DNA of 64,000 nucleotides from Octopus sinensis (GCF_006345805.1 NC_043001.1:21762001-21826000), one strand, 5' to 3'. Positions 25,551 through 38,428 are shown, numbered from the stretch's first letter. Notes: generated by a model not told the origin, from the sequence alone. Made by a program: numbers and translations.

Positions 25551-25800
25551 AGTTTTGAATGGTACAACAATGCTCTATAATACAGACAATGGACTAAATA
25601 CCTGTTGTAATTTAGTTATCCATAGTCTGATTTGATATTTCGGAATAATATTCCTTCTTCAGATATTCTTAGATGGAGTTGCTGTTATCTGAAGAAGGAA
25701 TATTATTCCAAAATATCATATCAGACTATGGATAACTAAATTACAACAGGTATTTAGCCCATTGCCTGTATTATGGTGCATTATTGTACCAATCAAAACT
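25551..25800. repeat. Fold-back element, ~115-bp arms
   Basis: Arms 25551-25665 / 25686-25800. Confidence 0.9.
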
Positions 25801-25837
25801 TTTTACTCTTCATATATATATATATATATATATATAT

Positions 25838-26132
25838 AAACAACTTATAAATATGGGCAAACGAAAAAAGTTCTAATGCCAAATATGCCAAAAACTGGAC
25901 ATATTGTCCATTACCATATAATTTATCACAATACGCACGCTACTTGAAGAAGCCGACAGAAATTTCTAAAAAATTCCATTATTCCATTATTACTATTTTT
26001 AGAAATTTCTGTCGGCTTTTTTTCGAGTAGCGTGTGTATTGTGATAAATTATATGGTAATGAACAATATGTCCAATTTTCGGCATATTTGGCATTAGAAA
26101 TTTTTTCGTTTGCCCTTATTTATAAGTTGTTT
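25838..26132. repeat. Fold-back element, ~135-bp arms
   Basis: Arms 25838-25972 / 25996-26132. Confidence 0.9.
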
Positions 26133-26928
26133 ATAATTTTAATCTTTAAAGGTATTTTGTAATATGCTGGCCATTGATAAAAATTTTTTTTCGAAAAAAA
26201 TTTTATCCTACTTTAAATATATATATATATACATATGCAGACATTGTGCGTATATGTACGTGTGCATATGCATATATACATTTCTTATGCGCATGCAGAT
26301 TAGTTTTGCCATAACTGTAATAACTATATGATATATTGATATATTGATTGTAAAATCACTATCCTTATAACTATCAAAAATATGTGTTTATATATTATAT
26401 TCTATATTCTATATACTATCTATTGTGAATAACTGAATGCATCTAATACTAATAATATTAGTAATAACGGAGTATTATATATGCTTATGGATGTAGATAT
26501 GTATGTATATTTCAGTATATATATATAAGTATTTATGTATATCTATATTTTTTATTTATATTTATATTTATTATAACTTAACATCATGTACTTTATAATC
26601 TCTGACAAAACCTAGAGATATATACAAGTACCTCATGTTCATCTACTTCAATCCACTTGAGTAATAAAAGTAGAATGGGGTATTTTTATCTATTGGCTGA
26701 AACAGCTGTAAGTTATTTTTCCAATTTATATTCATGTTTTTTATAATAATTACTGGTATCCTTATATATTACTATATTTTATATCTTATATCTTATATGT
26801 CAAGAATATTATGTGATATGTATGTATATTATTGTAATTATCAGTTTAGTAAATAAATAAATAAGTTAACATAATATAATGTCTAAAAGTTGATGAACCA
26901 CCTATTGTTCTCTTGCATTTTCTTATTG

Positions 26929-26968
<40 letters not shown>

Positions 26969-27100
26969 TACAATATTAGATATGTACATATATACACAAG
27001 GGTACTACATGAGTACCTATATCGCTAATGATAGAAGTCAAAAAATACTTCTGTACCACCGAATAGTCACAAATCTATTACAGACAAGATAGGAAAAAAT

Positions 27101-27201
27101 ATCAGTGAACAATAATAGTGTCTTACCTCAAATGGGTCAGAAGAAGTAAATGCTGGCTGTTCTGACCTGTTTGAGGTAAGACATTATTATTGTTCGCTGA
27201 T
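27101..27201. repeat. Fold-back element, ~42-bp arms
   Basis: Arms 27101-27142 / 27160-27201. Confidence 0.85.
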
Positions 27202-27439
27202 GTCCAAAAGTTGATAAACCACCTATCATTCTCCTCCATTTTCTTATTTGCGATATATATATATATATAATCCAAGAGAGAGGTTGTGAATCCAACCAAT
27301 TAAGGGATAATATCTATCCAATATACTGCTGGTAGAATACCCAATTATTAATACACAAGAGTTTTTTTTTCATTGCATGGCAATTACATTACCGAGTGTA
27401 ATAAATGGGTGAGGGTAAAAAGTTATTTTACCTTAATTT

Positions 27440-27562
27440 ATATAACAATAAGAAAATGGAGGGGATCAAGAGTTAATATTCATCAACTTATAGACATTAA
27501 TATAATGTCTATAAGTTGATGAATACCAACACTTGATCCCCTCCATTTTCTTATTGCTATAT
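27440..27562. repeat. Fold-back palindrome, ~60-bp arms
   Basis: aacaataagaaaatggaggggatcaag...cttgatcccctccattttcttattgct, centre at ~27500. Confidence 0.9.
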
Positions 27563-27800
27563 ATATATATAAAGTGATAGACTGGGTCTAAAAATATTGA
27601 TTGCCAGGAGATGAAGGGAGCCCACCTGAAACTACAACACTATCATTTAATTTTTTTTTTTTTCTTTCTTGTTAAAAGTATTCTTTTCAACTGTCTACAA
27701 ACACAGCCAGGCTGAAATAATGCATTCTTCCAGGAGTAAATAAAAAATTCTCAAACTTGAAGGGATGGGCCCCTTAGATACTAACATGGGCCCACATATC

Positions 27801-28217
27801 TCTCTTTTACTCTTTTACTCTTTCACTTGTTTCAGTCATTTGACTGCGGCCATGCTGGAGCACCGCCTTTAATCGAGCAACTCGATCCCGGGACTTATTC
27901 TTTTGTAAGCCCAGTACTTATTCTATCGGTCTCTTTTGCCGAACCGCTAAGTAACAGGGGCATAAACACACCAGCATCAGTTGTCAAGCAATGCTAGGAG
28001 GACAAACACAGACACACAAACACACACACGCACATATATATATATATACATATATACGACAGGCTTCTTTCAGTTTCCATCTACCAAATCCACTCACAAG
28101 GCTTTGGTCGGCCTGAGGCTATAGTAGAAGACACTTGCCCAAGGTGCCACGCAGTGGGACTGAACCCAGAACCATGTGGTCGGTAAACAAGCTACTTACC
28201 ACGCAGCCACTCCTGCG
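27801..28217 (-). mobile_element. tRNA-derived SINE, same family as 3195-3657
   Basis: Reverse-complement match over the full length. Confidence 0.85.
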
Positions 28218-28368
28218 ATGGATTCTAATGGCGCAAGAGCTCACTTGCAATCAGGCAAGCTTGCAACATATCCAGTCCACCCTTGTATATATATTCCGAA
28301 TTTGCGTAAACGTGTATAGAATAATATATCAGTTAAATAACAGACCAGGTTTTAACTTTATTCAACTG

Positions 28369-28406
<38 letters not shown>

Positions 28407-28408
<2 letters not shown>

Positions 28409-28690
28409 TAGCAGCTAAGCCCGGTTTCACCCAGTCTGTTTGGATGATGTGGCTGTGATCATTTTCAGTTAGGCATAATCTATAACAGCTTTTTTCAACC
28501 TTATCATTTTGGGTCCCCTGCTTTGATTGGAGCCTCCAGCTGTATGAAAATTTCCTGACCCCACCCTCCACCCTTGTCAGGAAACAGCTTCAGGAGTTGA
28601 GAAGAAAGAATTTGTACATAGTTTGTTTCTGGGAGCTATGCTATTGGACCTCTGTCTAATCACTTCTTTTAAGGTAAACACACATACATA
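28407..28690 (-). mobile_element. Non-autonomous Helitron (different family) inserted in (TA)n
   Basis: Minus-strand 3' end cagactgggtgaaaccgggcttagctgCTAG|T with a GC hairpin. 5' boundary uncertain. Confidence 0.5.
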
Positions 28691-28994
28691 GAAAATATGA
28701 GGTCATGGTAGAAAATTTTTACGATAGTTGATTTATGGGAAAGATTTCCACTAGAAAATCAATTTTCTCAGTAAGTATGGGGGCTAGGAAAAAAATACAA
28801 ACTGCATTCCAATCTATGCACCCATCTCCACATGTGTGCTATTTTTCACACGAATCCACCCAGCCATTTGGCTGTGAACCTCAGGACAAGAAAGAATACA
28901 ATTATTGCCCATGTCCAAATTATATTATAGCGGCGGTGCCCCAGCATGGCCGCGGCCTTCGGGCTAAAACATTTTTAAGGATTTAAGGATATAG

Positions 28995-29262
28995 AATTAA
29001 GAGACAGAACCTCCATCAAAGTAATTCAGTTCATAGTGAAAGATATTAAGTATAATAAAGTATAAATTTAAATATATTATTAATATTGTTCTAAAAATTA
29101 CTATAATTTAGTACTATATTAGTACAATATTTGTAATTTATGTACAATATTAGTAATTTTTAGTACAATATGTATTTAAATTTATATTTATTTATATTTT
29201 ATTATAGATAATATCTTTCACAATTAATTGAATTACTTTGATGGAGGTTCTGTCTCTTAATT
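28995..29262. repeat. Fold-back element, ~54-bp arms with an AT-rich core
   Basis: aattaagagacagaacctccatcaaagtaattca ... tgaattactttgatggaggttctgtctcttaatt. Confidence 0.85.
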
Positions 29263-29363
29263 GTATATATATATATAATATATTGTGAAATTTGATTTAG
29301 TATTACTAAATTGAGTTTGTTTCCCCCTGTTGCCTTGGAATTTTATATTCCCTACTATTAATA

Positions 29364-29394
<31 letters not shown>

Positions 29395-29857
29395 TATATA
29401 TATACACATATATTTGTAGGGATGTATGTATATAGACTACGCACGCACACGCACACACACACACACACACATGCACACACACACACAGGTATATCCAATA
29501 ACATACAACATAAATTCTTGATTTTATTAAAGTTACCTCTGCCTCTAGAAAATGTTACATGGCAGTTGAGACAGATTCATATGGAAAGGGGAGATAATCA
29601 CAAGACTAAAAAAATTCTCCAAATTGATTTTTCATTGAGAAAATAGTTGAAAATAAGATAAAAGTACAGTCATTGACCTGCATTTCTGTCATAATAGATG
29701 TTATCAGCACAAAACTAAATTAAGAGAAATAACTTACAGTGGCCTGAGGCGTGTATATGAACAGCACACACAAATACCTAATATATGTGAGGTTTTGTGT
29801 GTGTGTGTGTGTGTGTGCATAAACGAAAGAATGAAGATGGTGGTATTACATTAATTA

Positions 29858-30095
29858 CATTTAAGGCGGCGAGCTGGCAGAAACGTTAGCGCGCCGGGCG
29901 AAATGCTTAGCTGTATGTCGTCTGCCGTTACGTTGTGAGTTCAAATTCTGCCGAGGTCGACTTTAACCTTCATCTTTTCGGGGTCGATAAATTAAGTACC
30001 AGTTACGCACTGGGGTCGATGTAATCAACTTAATACCTATGTCTGTCCTTGTTTGTCCCCTCTATGTTTAGCCCCTTGTTGGTAATAAAGAAATA
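29858..30095 (+). mobile_element. Nin/Deu-like SINE with 16-bp TSD
   Basis: TSD ggtattacattaatta at 29842-29857 and 30096-30111. Confidence 0.85.
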
Positions 30096-30241
30096 GGTAT
30101 TACATTAATTAATTAGTTATAGTTGTTTTGAATTATTACATCAATTTACATGCTGTGTAACACAAATAAGAAAATTATGTAAATCCATTTAATATTAGAA
30201 ATCAAGTTCAATCAATCAAACCTTCAGACTTTCTGTTAAGG

Positions 30242-30715
30242 TATTGGGTTGTCCGGAAAGTTCATGCCGATTTGTAGTAGCTTACCTTTCGACTTATTTT
30301 AGAAAATGGTTGAGTCCAGAGGTTTATGAGGTTTTAAGAAGGTTTATGTTCCTATAACCTGTGTTAATTCTGAAATCCTTTAAAATGGAAGATGAGGAAG
30401 TTCATTTTCGGCACTTGATGCTTTTCTTTTTCCGTAAAGGGAAAAATGCCTCGCAAGCAGCCAAAGAAATATGCACAGTTTACGGTGATGTTTCTTTATC
30501 CGAAAGAACTGTATGGAAATGGTTCGCAAGATACCAAGCTGGAGATTATAGCCTTATTGATAAAGAGTGATCAGGCAGACCATCCACTTCAGATGATGAC
30601 CAAATAAAGTCATTGCATGATGACCAAATCAAGTCATTGCATAACCCAAGAATTGGCAGAAAGCCTCAACCTATCAAAATCCGTCATTCATGAGCACCTG
30701 GTAAAGCTTAGGTAC
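30242..30715 (+). mobile_element. mariner transposon 5' fragment (TIR plus N-terminal HTH, pseudogenised)
   Basis: TA-ttgggttgtccggaaagttc TIR; HFRHLMLFFFRKGKNASQAAKEICTVYGDVSLSERTVWKWFARYQAGDYSLIDKE*SGRP. Cut at 30716 by another insertion. Confidence 0.9.
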
Positions 30716-32321
30716 TAGGCCTCGAAACCGGTTTTATAAAACCGGTTAAAACCGGTTTTATATTATGATCAGTAAAAGCAAAACTGATTTGCCAAAACCG
30801 ATTTTAAGGCTTGCCGTTTCGAATCTTTTCAATAAAAGATGTTTTATGTAACACATTCTACCAGTATATGAAGTTTAAAAGTGTTTAGTTACAAATAACT
30901 ATTTTTTTTAATGTGCCGGTCAAAGTGAAAAGATCTGCTGTTTCTTTTCTTTTTCTTTTTTTTTTTTGCAAAACATTTCTCCATTTTTTTCTTTTGAAGA
31001 AATATCGTTGAAACTGAACTAACTGAACTGTTGTCGGTCGCCTTTAGTTGAGAGTGCTGTCTGTTTCATTGAAACATATCGCAACATATCAATTCTCACC
31101 TTCTTTCCCCTTGAACCTTAGATCAGCACCTTATCATCTCCTTCGCTAACCCCTGGCTGACTCTTTGAACTTGCAGGTAACTGAGTTTATTCATAGCAAG
31201 TCAAGGGGATGCTGTTAGTCTTCAGTCGAGTGATCTTTTCCGTTGAGTATATGTAATAACCAGTTCCAGATTCATTTCAAGGAAGTAACACTAAATTTTT
31301 TGATAAAAAAATTGAGGAGATCACTATAACAGACGATAGTGATCGCTGTAACAGACGATAGTGATCGCCATAACAGATGATAGTGATGATGAAGCTGACA
31401 TAAGCCAACAAGACATTGTCAAACAGATTTGAAGAAATATCATTGAAACTTCTAACCAAAGTAATAGATGAGCATGGGTTGAGCCACGCTTTTGTCATTC
31501 TCTGGAGAAAAATGAAATATCAAAATTTTATGAAGATGATCATTTCAATCAAAGTTCTATCAATTTATTCACCTTTTGAAAGCAAAGCATTGCAACAATA
31601 CCATGCCTATGCTGAGGTTGTTGACCAGGTAACCAACCAGCTATTTCAGTTCATTTTGGATTGCAAGTGGAGATAATGATTAGATTAGGATTACAAATTT
31701 TTAGACAGCGATCATAGCATCTTGAATGTATTCAGGCTTACATCTTGGCCGTCCTGTGAAAGACAATAGTAACAGCATCTCCTTGGTGAATTCGTGCATA
31801 TATTTTGGTCATCCTGTGATAGATACAGGATATCGATCTTCAGTGCATTCATGCATTTACCATGGCCATCTTGTGAAAGACAATAGCATTATCTTCTTCA
31901 GAGTACATTGCATATATCTTAGGCATCCTATGAAAGACTATGACATCATCATCATCATCACCATCACCATCATCATCATCATCATCGTTTAACGTCTGCC
32001 TTCAATGCTAGCATGGGTGGGACGGTTTCACTAGAGCCAGCCAGGCAGAAGCCTGCACTAGACTTCTATGACTGTTTTGGCAGGATTTTTACAGTCGGAT
32101 GTTCTTCTTAACACCGTATTAAAAGTATTCATTTTGGCCATCTGTGACAGATGACAGCAATAGCATCTTAAGTGCATTCATGTGGATATTTTGTCACCCT
32201 GTGAACAACCATCACAAAATTGTAAGCTCATCAACATGCAAAGGATCTTGGTGAAGTTTTCTAGCTTGCCAGCTCCAGGTCAAACTCTTCACCCCATGCC
32301 AACATGGATAACAGACATTAA

Positions 32322-32475
32322 ATGATGATGATGACGATGACGACAATGATGACGACTGTGATGATGATGATGACGACGACGACGATGATGATGATGTTGA
32401 TGACTATGATGATGATGATGACGATGACGACGACGACCATGACGATGACAATGATGAGGATGCAGATGATGATGT
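32322..32475. repeat. (GAT/GAC)n trinucleotide array expanded from an RTE tail
   Basis: Follows cagacattaaa, the end of a decayed RTE tail. Confidence 0.9.
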
Positions 32476-33209
32476 TCATATTCTCTAAAGGGTGCTCAAT
32501 CTGAATGGAAGAAGGCCTTCATGTCAGTTTCATTGGTATTTCCAAGAGCTCAAAAATTTTAAAGCCTAGTTACATAGTTATTACATGTGTTAATGTAGCG
32601 TTTGTTGATTATCCTCTGAAATAACAGAAAGGCTACATTGCTCTCAACCTTTCTTTACAATCACCCATGAAGTATAGGCACAGGTATGGCTGTGTGGTTA
32701 AGAAATTGCTTTGCAACCATGTGGTTTCTGGTTCAGTCCTACCACTTGGCACCTTGGGCAAGTGTCTTCTGCTATACCTCTGGGTTGACCAATGCCTTGT
32801 GAGTGAATTTTATTGACAGAAACTGTGTGGAAGCCTATCATATGATCATATGTATGTATGTATGTATGTATATATATATATATCAGACAGCATAGACAAT
32901 AAATGATGATGATGATATATATATATATCTTCACCTTTGAAACGTAGAGTAGATGAAACCATGGCGACTGAAGAGGGGTTTTTTCTTTGTGTTAATTGTC
33001 CTGTACTCCTTTTTTTTTTTGTTTAAAAAAATGTCCAGTTCCTTGGGTTTGTGTCTATGTTTTCGTTTCTCATTGTGTTCGACGTTTTTTTTGGTGTCCT
33101 GTACTCATATATGCGTGTATATATACATGTAGAGGTAGGTACGTACATATATGTTTATATATATGCATATGAACATCATCATTTAATCTTCATTGTCTAT
33201 GCTGTCTGA

Positions 33210-33258
33210 TATATATATATATATATATATCATCATATATATATATATATATATCATA

Positions 33259-33302
<44 letters not shown>

Positions 33303-33311
33303 TATATATAT

Positions 33312-33345
<34 letters not shown>

Positions 33346-33350
33346 ATATA
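33210..33350. repeat. Long interrupted (TA)n tract
   Basis: Directly visible; similar tracts at 24975-25060, 39840-39880 and 52420-52480. Confidence 0.95.
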
Positions 33351-33737
33351 GGCGCAGGAGTGGCTGTGTGGTAAGTAGCTTGTTTACCAACCACACGGTT
33401 CCGGGTTCATTCCCACTGCGTGGCACCTTGGGCAAGTGTCTTCTGCTATAGCCTCGGGCCGACCAAAGCCTTGTGAGTGGATTTGGTAGACGGAAACTGA
33501 AAGAAGCCCGTCGTATATATGTATATATATGTATATATATGTGTGTGTGTGTGTTTGTGTTTGTCCCCCTAGCATTGCTTGACAACCGATGCTGGTGTGT
33601 TTATGTCCCCGTCACTTAGCAGTTCGGCAAAAGAATAAGTACTGGGCTTACAAAGAATAAGTCCCGGGGTCAAGTTGCTCGATTAAAGGCGGTGCTCCAG
33701 CATGGCCGCAGTCAAATGACTGAAACAAGTACAAGAA
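33351..33737 (+). mobile_element. tRNA-derived SINE, same family as 3195-3657
   Basis: Direct match; inserted after a long (TA)n tract. Confidence 0.85.
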
Positions 33738-33774
33738 TACTCATATAAAAAAAAAATATATATATATATACACA

Positions 33775-34195
33775 CAATTGCAGCATAGAAGATGTTTAAT
33801 AAGCCATTTAAAAACACACAGAAAAACTGTTAGATTCATTTCGACATTTAAATTTAATTTGTCAAAATATTTTCATCACTTTGAAACCATGACATGTTCA
33901 CTGACAAAATTTTGTGCTGCACAAAATTTTGTCAGTGAATATTTTGACAAATTAAATTTAAATGTTGAAGTGAATCTAATGGTTTTCCTGTTTGCTTTTA
34001 AATGGCTTATAAACACCTCCCATGCTGCAATTGTTTTTGTTTCCGCACACGATCTCAGATCAAGGCACTTGCTATGCAAGTACATCTCCGTAATATATAT
34101 ATATACATATTACGGAGATGTATTTGCATAGCAAGTACCTTGATCTGAGATCGTGTGCAGAAACAAAAACAATCACAGCATGGGAGGAGTTTATA
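33775..34195. repeat. Double fold-back (three segments in alternating orientation)
   Basis: Palindrome centres at ~33918 and ~34102. Confidence 0.9.
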
Positions 34196-34203
34196 TATAT
34201 GTT

Positions 34204-34250
<47 letters not shown>

Positions 34251-34709
34251 AGCTTAGAGAAGAAGAAGAAACGAAATGAATCGAATCGCTGGGAAATGTT
34301 AGGAACCAATGGTTCCTAACATTTCAAAATAAGAATGAGAGCCTTAAAGATGAGTAAAGGAAGGGGGAACCTTTTGCAATTTACAATGACCAATTAAAGG
34401 GTATTATTGGAGCAGTCACCTGCAAAACAACTTCAGAGACTATGAAAGAACTAAATGCTGAACATTCAACAGTTGTTTGAGATTTGCAACAACCATTGAG
34501 ATACGAAGGGTTATCTCAGTTACCATATTTCTCTGTCATGAACTTAACTCTAGCAGAAGAGACAATCTCCGACAGTAAATTTGTTCAACATAAATTACTA
34601 AAATTTATCAAAAAGAAAAATAGATAACAATACTTCATATCTAATATAATCTGGCTGTTTGTTGTATTTTAAATGGTTTCAAGGTGTTGCAAACTAATAT
34701 ATATATCTA

Positions 34710-35340
34710 TATCATCATCGTCGTTTAATGTCCGCTCTCCATGCTAGCATAGGTCGGACGATTTGACTGAGGACTGGTGAACCAGATAGCTGCACCAGGC
34801 ACCAATCTGATCTGGCAGAGTTTCTACAGTTGGATGTGGGTGTTTTTATGTGCCACTGGCACGAGGGCCAGTCAGGTGGTACTGGCAACGGCCACGCTCA
34901 AATGGTGTTTTTTACGTGTCACCTGCACAGGAGCCAGTCCAGCAGTACTGGCAACGACCTTGCTCGAATGTTTTTTTTCACATACCACCGGCACAAGTGT
35001 CAGTAAGGTGACACGGGTAACAATCACACTCGAATGAAGGTTTTTACGTGCCACTGGCATGGGAGCCAGTTAGCTGCTCTGGAAACGATCACGCTCAGAT
35101 GGTGCTCTTAACACTCCACTAGCACAGATGCCAGTCATCGAATTTGATTTTGATTTCAATTTCGATTTCACTTGCCTCAACAGGTCTTCGCAAGCAGAGT
35201 TTAGTGTCCAGTGAAGGAAAGGTACACATAAGTGGGTTGGTTACACACCCTGGCATAGGCCACAAGGTTATGGTCTCACTTGGCTTGCTGGGTCTTCTCA
35301 AGCACAGTATATTTCCAAAGGTCTTAGTCACTAGTCATTG
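34710..35340 (-). mobile_element. RTE 3'-tail/3'UTR element with ~60-bp internal repeats
   Basis: Same family; similar copy at 37825-38190. Confidence 0.75.
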
Positions 35341-36077
35341 CCTAACAGTATTTGCTTATTTAGGGGGAAATTGCGAGTATATTTCCCTTATTACAACAAA
35401 ATGCTTGTGTTTAAATTTCCAGACCTGAAACTTCTCTCTATATATAAGCTTCTTGCAGTTTCTGTCTACCAAATCCATTCACAAGGCTTTGGTTGGCCTG
35501 AGATTATAGTAGAAGACACTTGCCTGGAACCATGTGGTTGGGAAGCAAACCTTCTTACCACACACCTGCATTTTTTTTTTTACTTTTTACTTGTTTCAGT
35601 CATTGGACTTCAGCGAGGCATGTGGAAACCACCTTGAACCACTAAGAGACAGGGATGTAAACAAACAAACACCAGTTGTTAAGTGGTGGTAGAGGACAAA
35701 CACAAACACACATACACCCATACTCCGTTTGTTATGACGACGAGGGTCCCAGCTGATACAATCAATGGAACAGCCTGCTCGTGAAATTAATGTGCAAGTG
35801 GCTGCACAATCCACAGACACTTGTACTCCTAATGTAGTTCTCAGGGAGATTCAGCGTGACAAGGCTGGCCCTTTGAAATACAGGTACATTTTTGCCGAGT
35901 GGACTGGAGCAATGTAAAATAAAGTGTCTTGCTCAAGGACACAATGCATCGCCAGGAATTGAAATTAAGACCTTACAATCACGAGTTGAATGTCCTAACC
36001 ACTAAGCCACACACCTTCACATATATATATTTTTGTACATATATATATGTGATACATACATACATACATACATATCT

Positions 36078-36452
36078 GGATGGAAGCACTCCGTCGGTTA
36101 CCACGACGAGGGTTCCGGTTGATCCGAATCAACGGAACAGCCTGCTCGTGAAATTAACGTGTAAGTGGCTGAGCACTCCACAGACACGTGTACCCTTAAC
36201 GTAGTTCTTGGGGATATTCAGCGTGACACACAGAGTGACAAGGCCAGCCCTTTGAAATACAGGTACAACAGAAACAGGAAGTAAGAGTGAGAGAAAGTTG
36301 TGGTGAAAGAGTACAGCATCCCCTGCCGGAGCCTCGTGGAGCTTTAGGTGTTTTCGCTCAATAAACACTCACAACGCCCGGTCTGAGAATCGAAACCGCG
36401 ATCCTATGACCGCGAGTCTGCTGCCCTAACCACTGGGCCATTGCGCCTCCAC
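36078..36452 (-). mobile_element. tRNA(Arg)-derived SINE
   Basis: Near-identical to 20372-20756 apart from a short internal deletion; partial copy at 35720-35890. Confidence 0.85.
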
Positions 36453-36934
36453 TATACATATCTATAATATATACATATATACACACACAGAACAGGTTTC
36501 TTTCAGTCTTTGTCAATCAAATTCACTCACAAAGCTTGTCAAGTGATGGTGAGGGGACAAAGAAAGATGCAAAGATATACACAAACTCATTAAGATAAAA
36601 TAGATACACACACGCACACATATATCCGATGAGCTTCTTTCCGTTTCCATCTACCAAATCAACTCACAAGGCTTTGGGCAGCCTAAGGCTATAGTAGAAG
36701 ATATCTACCCAAGGTTCCTCACAATGAGACTGAACCCAGAGCCATATATATATATATATATATATGCAGGTGTGGCTGTGTGGTAAGAAGCTTGCTTCCC
36801 AACCACATGGTTCCGCAGGTTCAGTCTTGTTGCATGGCACCTTGGGCAAGTGTCTTCTACTATAGCCTCAAGTCGACCAAAGCCTTGTGAGTTTGGTAGA
36901 CAGAAATTGAAAGAAGAACGTCATATATATATAT

Positions 36935-37308
36935 ACGGCGGTGGCACGTAAAAAGCACCATCTGAATCGTGGCCGATGCCAGCGCCGCTTTGACTGGCTT
37001 CCGTGCCTGTGGCACGTAAAAAGCACCATCCGAATCGTGGCCGATGCCAGTGCCGCCTCGACTGGCTTCCGTGCCAGTGGGACGTAAAATGCACCAATCC
37101 GATCGTGGCTGTTGCTAGCCTCGCCTGTGCAGGTGGCACATAAAAAGCACCCACTACACTCACGGAGTGGTTGGCGTTAGGAAGGGCATCCAGCTGTAGA
37201 AACACTGCCAGATCAGACTGGAGCCTGGTGCAGCCTTCTGGCTTCCGAGATCCCCGGTCGAACCGTCCAACCCTTGCTAGCATGGAGAATGGACGTTAAA
37301 CGATGACA
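36935..37308 (+). mobile_element. RTE 3'-tail element with ~60-bp tandem units
   Basis: ggcacgtaaaaagcaccatc.gaatcgtggccgatgccag units followed by the conserved tail. Confidence 0.8.
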
Positions 37309-38428
37309 CACACGCATGCACACACTTACACACAGGAACGCACATATACCCCTACACAAATGCCACATACAACCCTACGCAGACACGCTTACACAAACTC
37401 ACAAACATACTGCTATGCTTGCAACTGTGTGTGTGTATTGATATTTTTTTACCATACAGTATTAGGGATCCATTTCAATCGATTTCACCAGCCAGTTTTG
37501 CACACAAGTTGGGTGATAACTGAAGGTGGCACCCGTCAGAAAGGGATATTAATCTACCCATTGAACTGACAAATATACAAGGGCCTGTTTTCACAGATTC
37601 TTAGCTGACTATCTTTATCTTTCACTCGTCTCAATCATTAGACTGTGGTACTACCTTGAAGAATTTTTAGTTGAATGATGAATCAAGACCAGTGCTTAAA
37701 TTTTTTAAAGACTGGTACTTATTCTATTGGTCCCTTTTGCTTAACTGCTAAGTCACAGGGATGTAAACACACCAACACTGGATGTCAAGTGATGGTGGGG
37801 TACAAACAGGCACACACCAATATCCTCATCATCAGCATCGTTTAACGTCTGCTTTCCATGCTAGCATGGGTTGGACGATTTTGACTGAGGACTGGCGAAC
37901 CAGATGGCTGCACCAGGCTCCAATCTTGATCTGGCAGAGATTCTACAGCTGGATGCCCTTCCTAATGCCAACTACTCCAAGAGTGTAGTGGGTGTTTTTA
38001 CATGCCACCGGCATGGGGGCCAGTCAGGCGGTACTGGCAACGACCTTGCTCGAATCTTTTTACACATGCCGTCGGCACAGGTGCCAGTAAGGTGACACTG
38101 GTAACAATCACACTCGAATGGTGCCTTTTACGTGCCAGCAGCATGGAAGCCAGTTAGCCGCTCTGGCAACGATCATGCTCGACTGGTGCTCAACGCAAAA
38201 TATCTGGACAGTCAGATGGGACAACAAAACATCCAGATAGACAATACAAAGAAAACAAGGACGGGTCATTCAGAGTTTTCTTTCCTCAGTCGAGTACCAG
38301 ATTAACTTCGCAATTTTGGCTGATTATACTTGAGATTCACACACACACACAACACAGTTCTTTCAGTTTCTGTCTACCAAATCCACTCACAAGGCCTTGG
38401 TTGACCTGAGGCTAGAATAGAAGACATT

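Noticed and set aside
32322-32504. Poly-Met/Thr or poly-Asp ORF
   Set aside because: (GAT/GAC)n expansion at an RTE tail.
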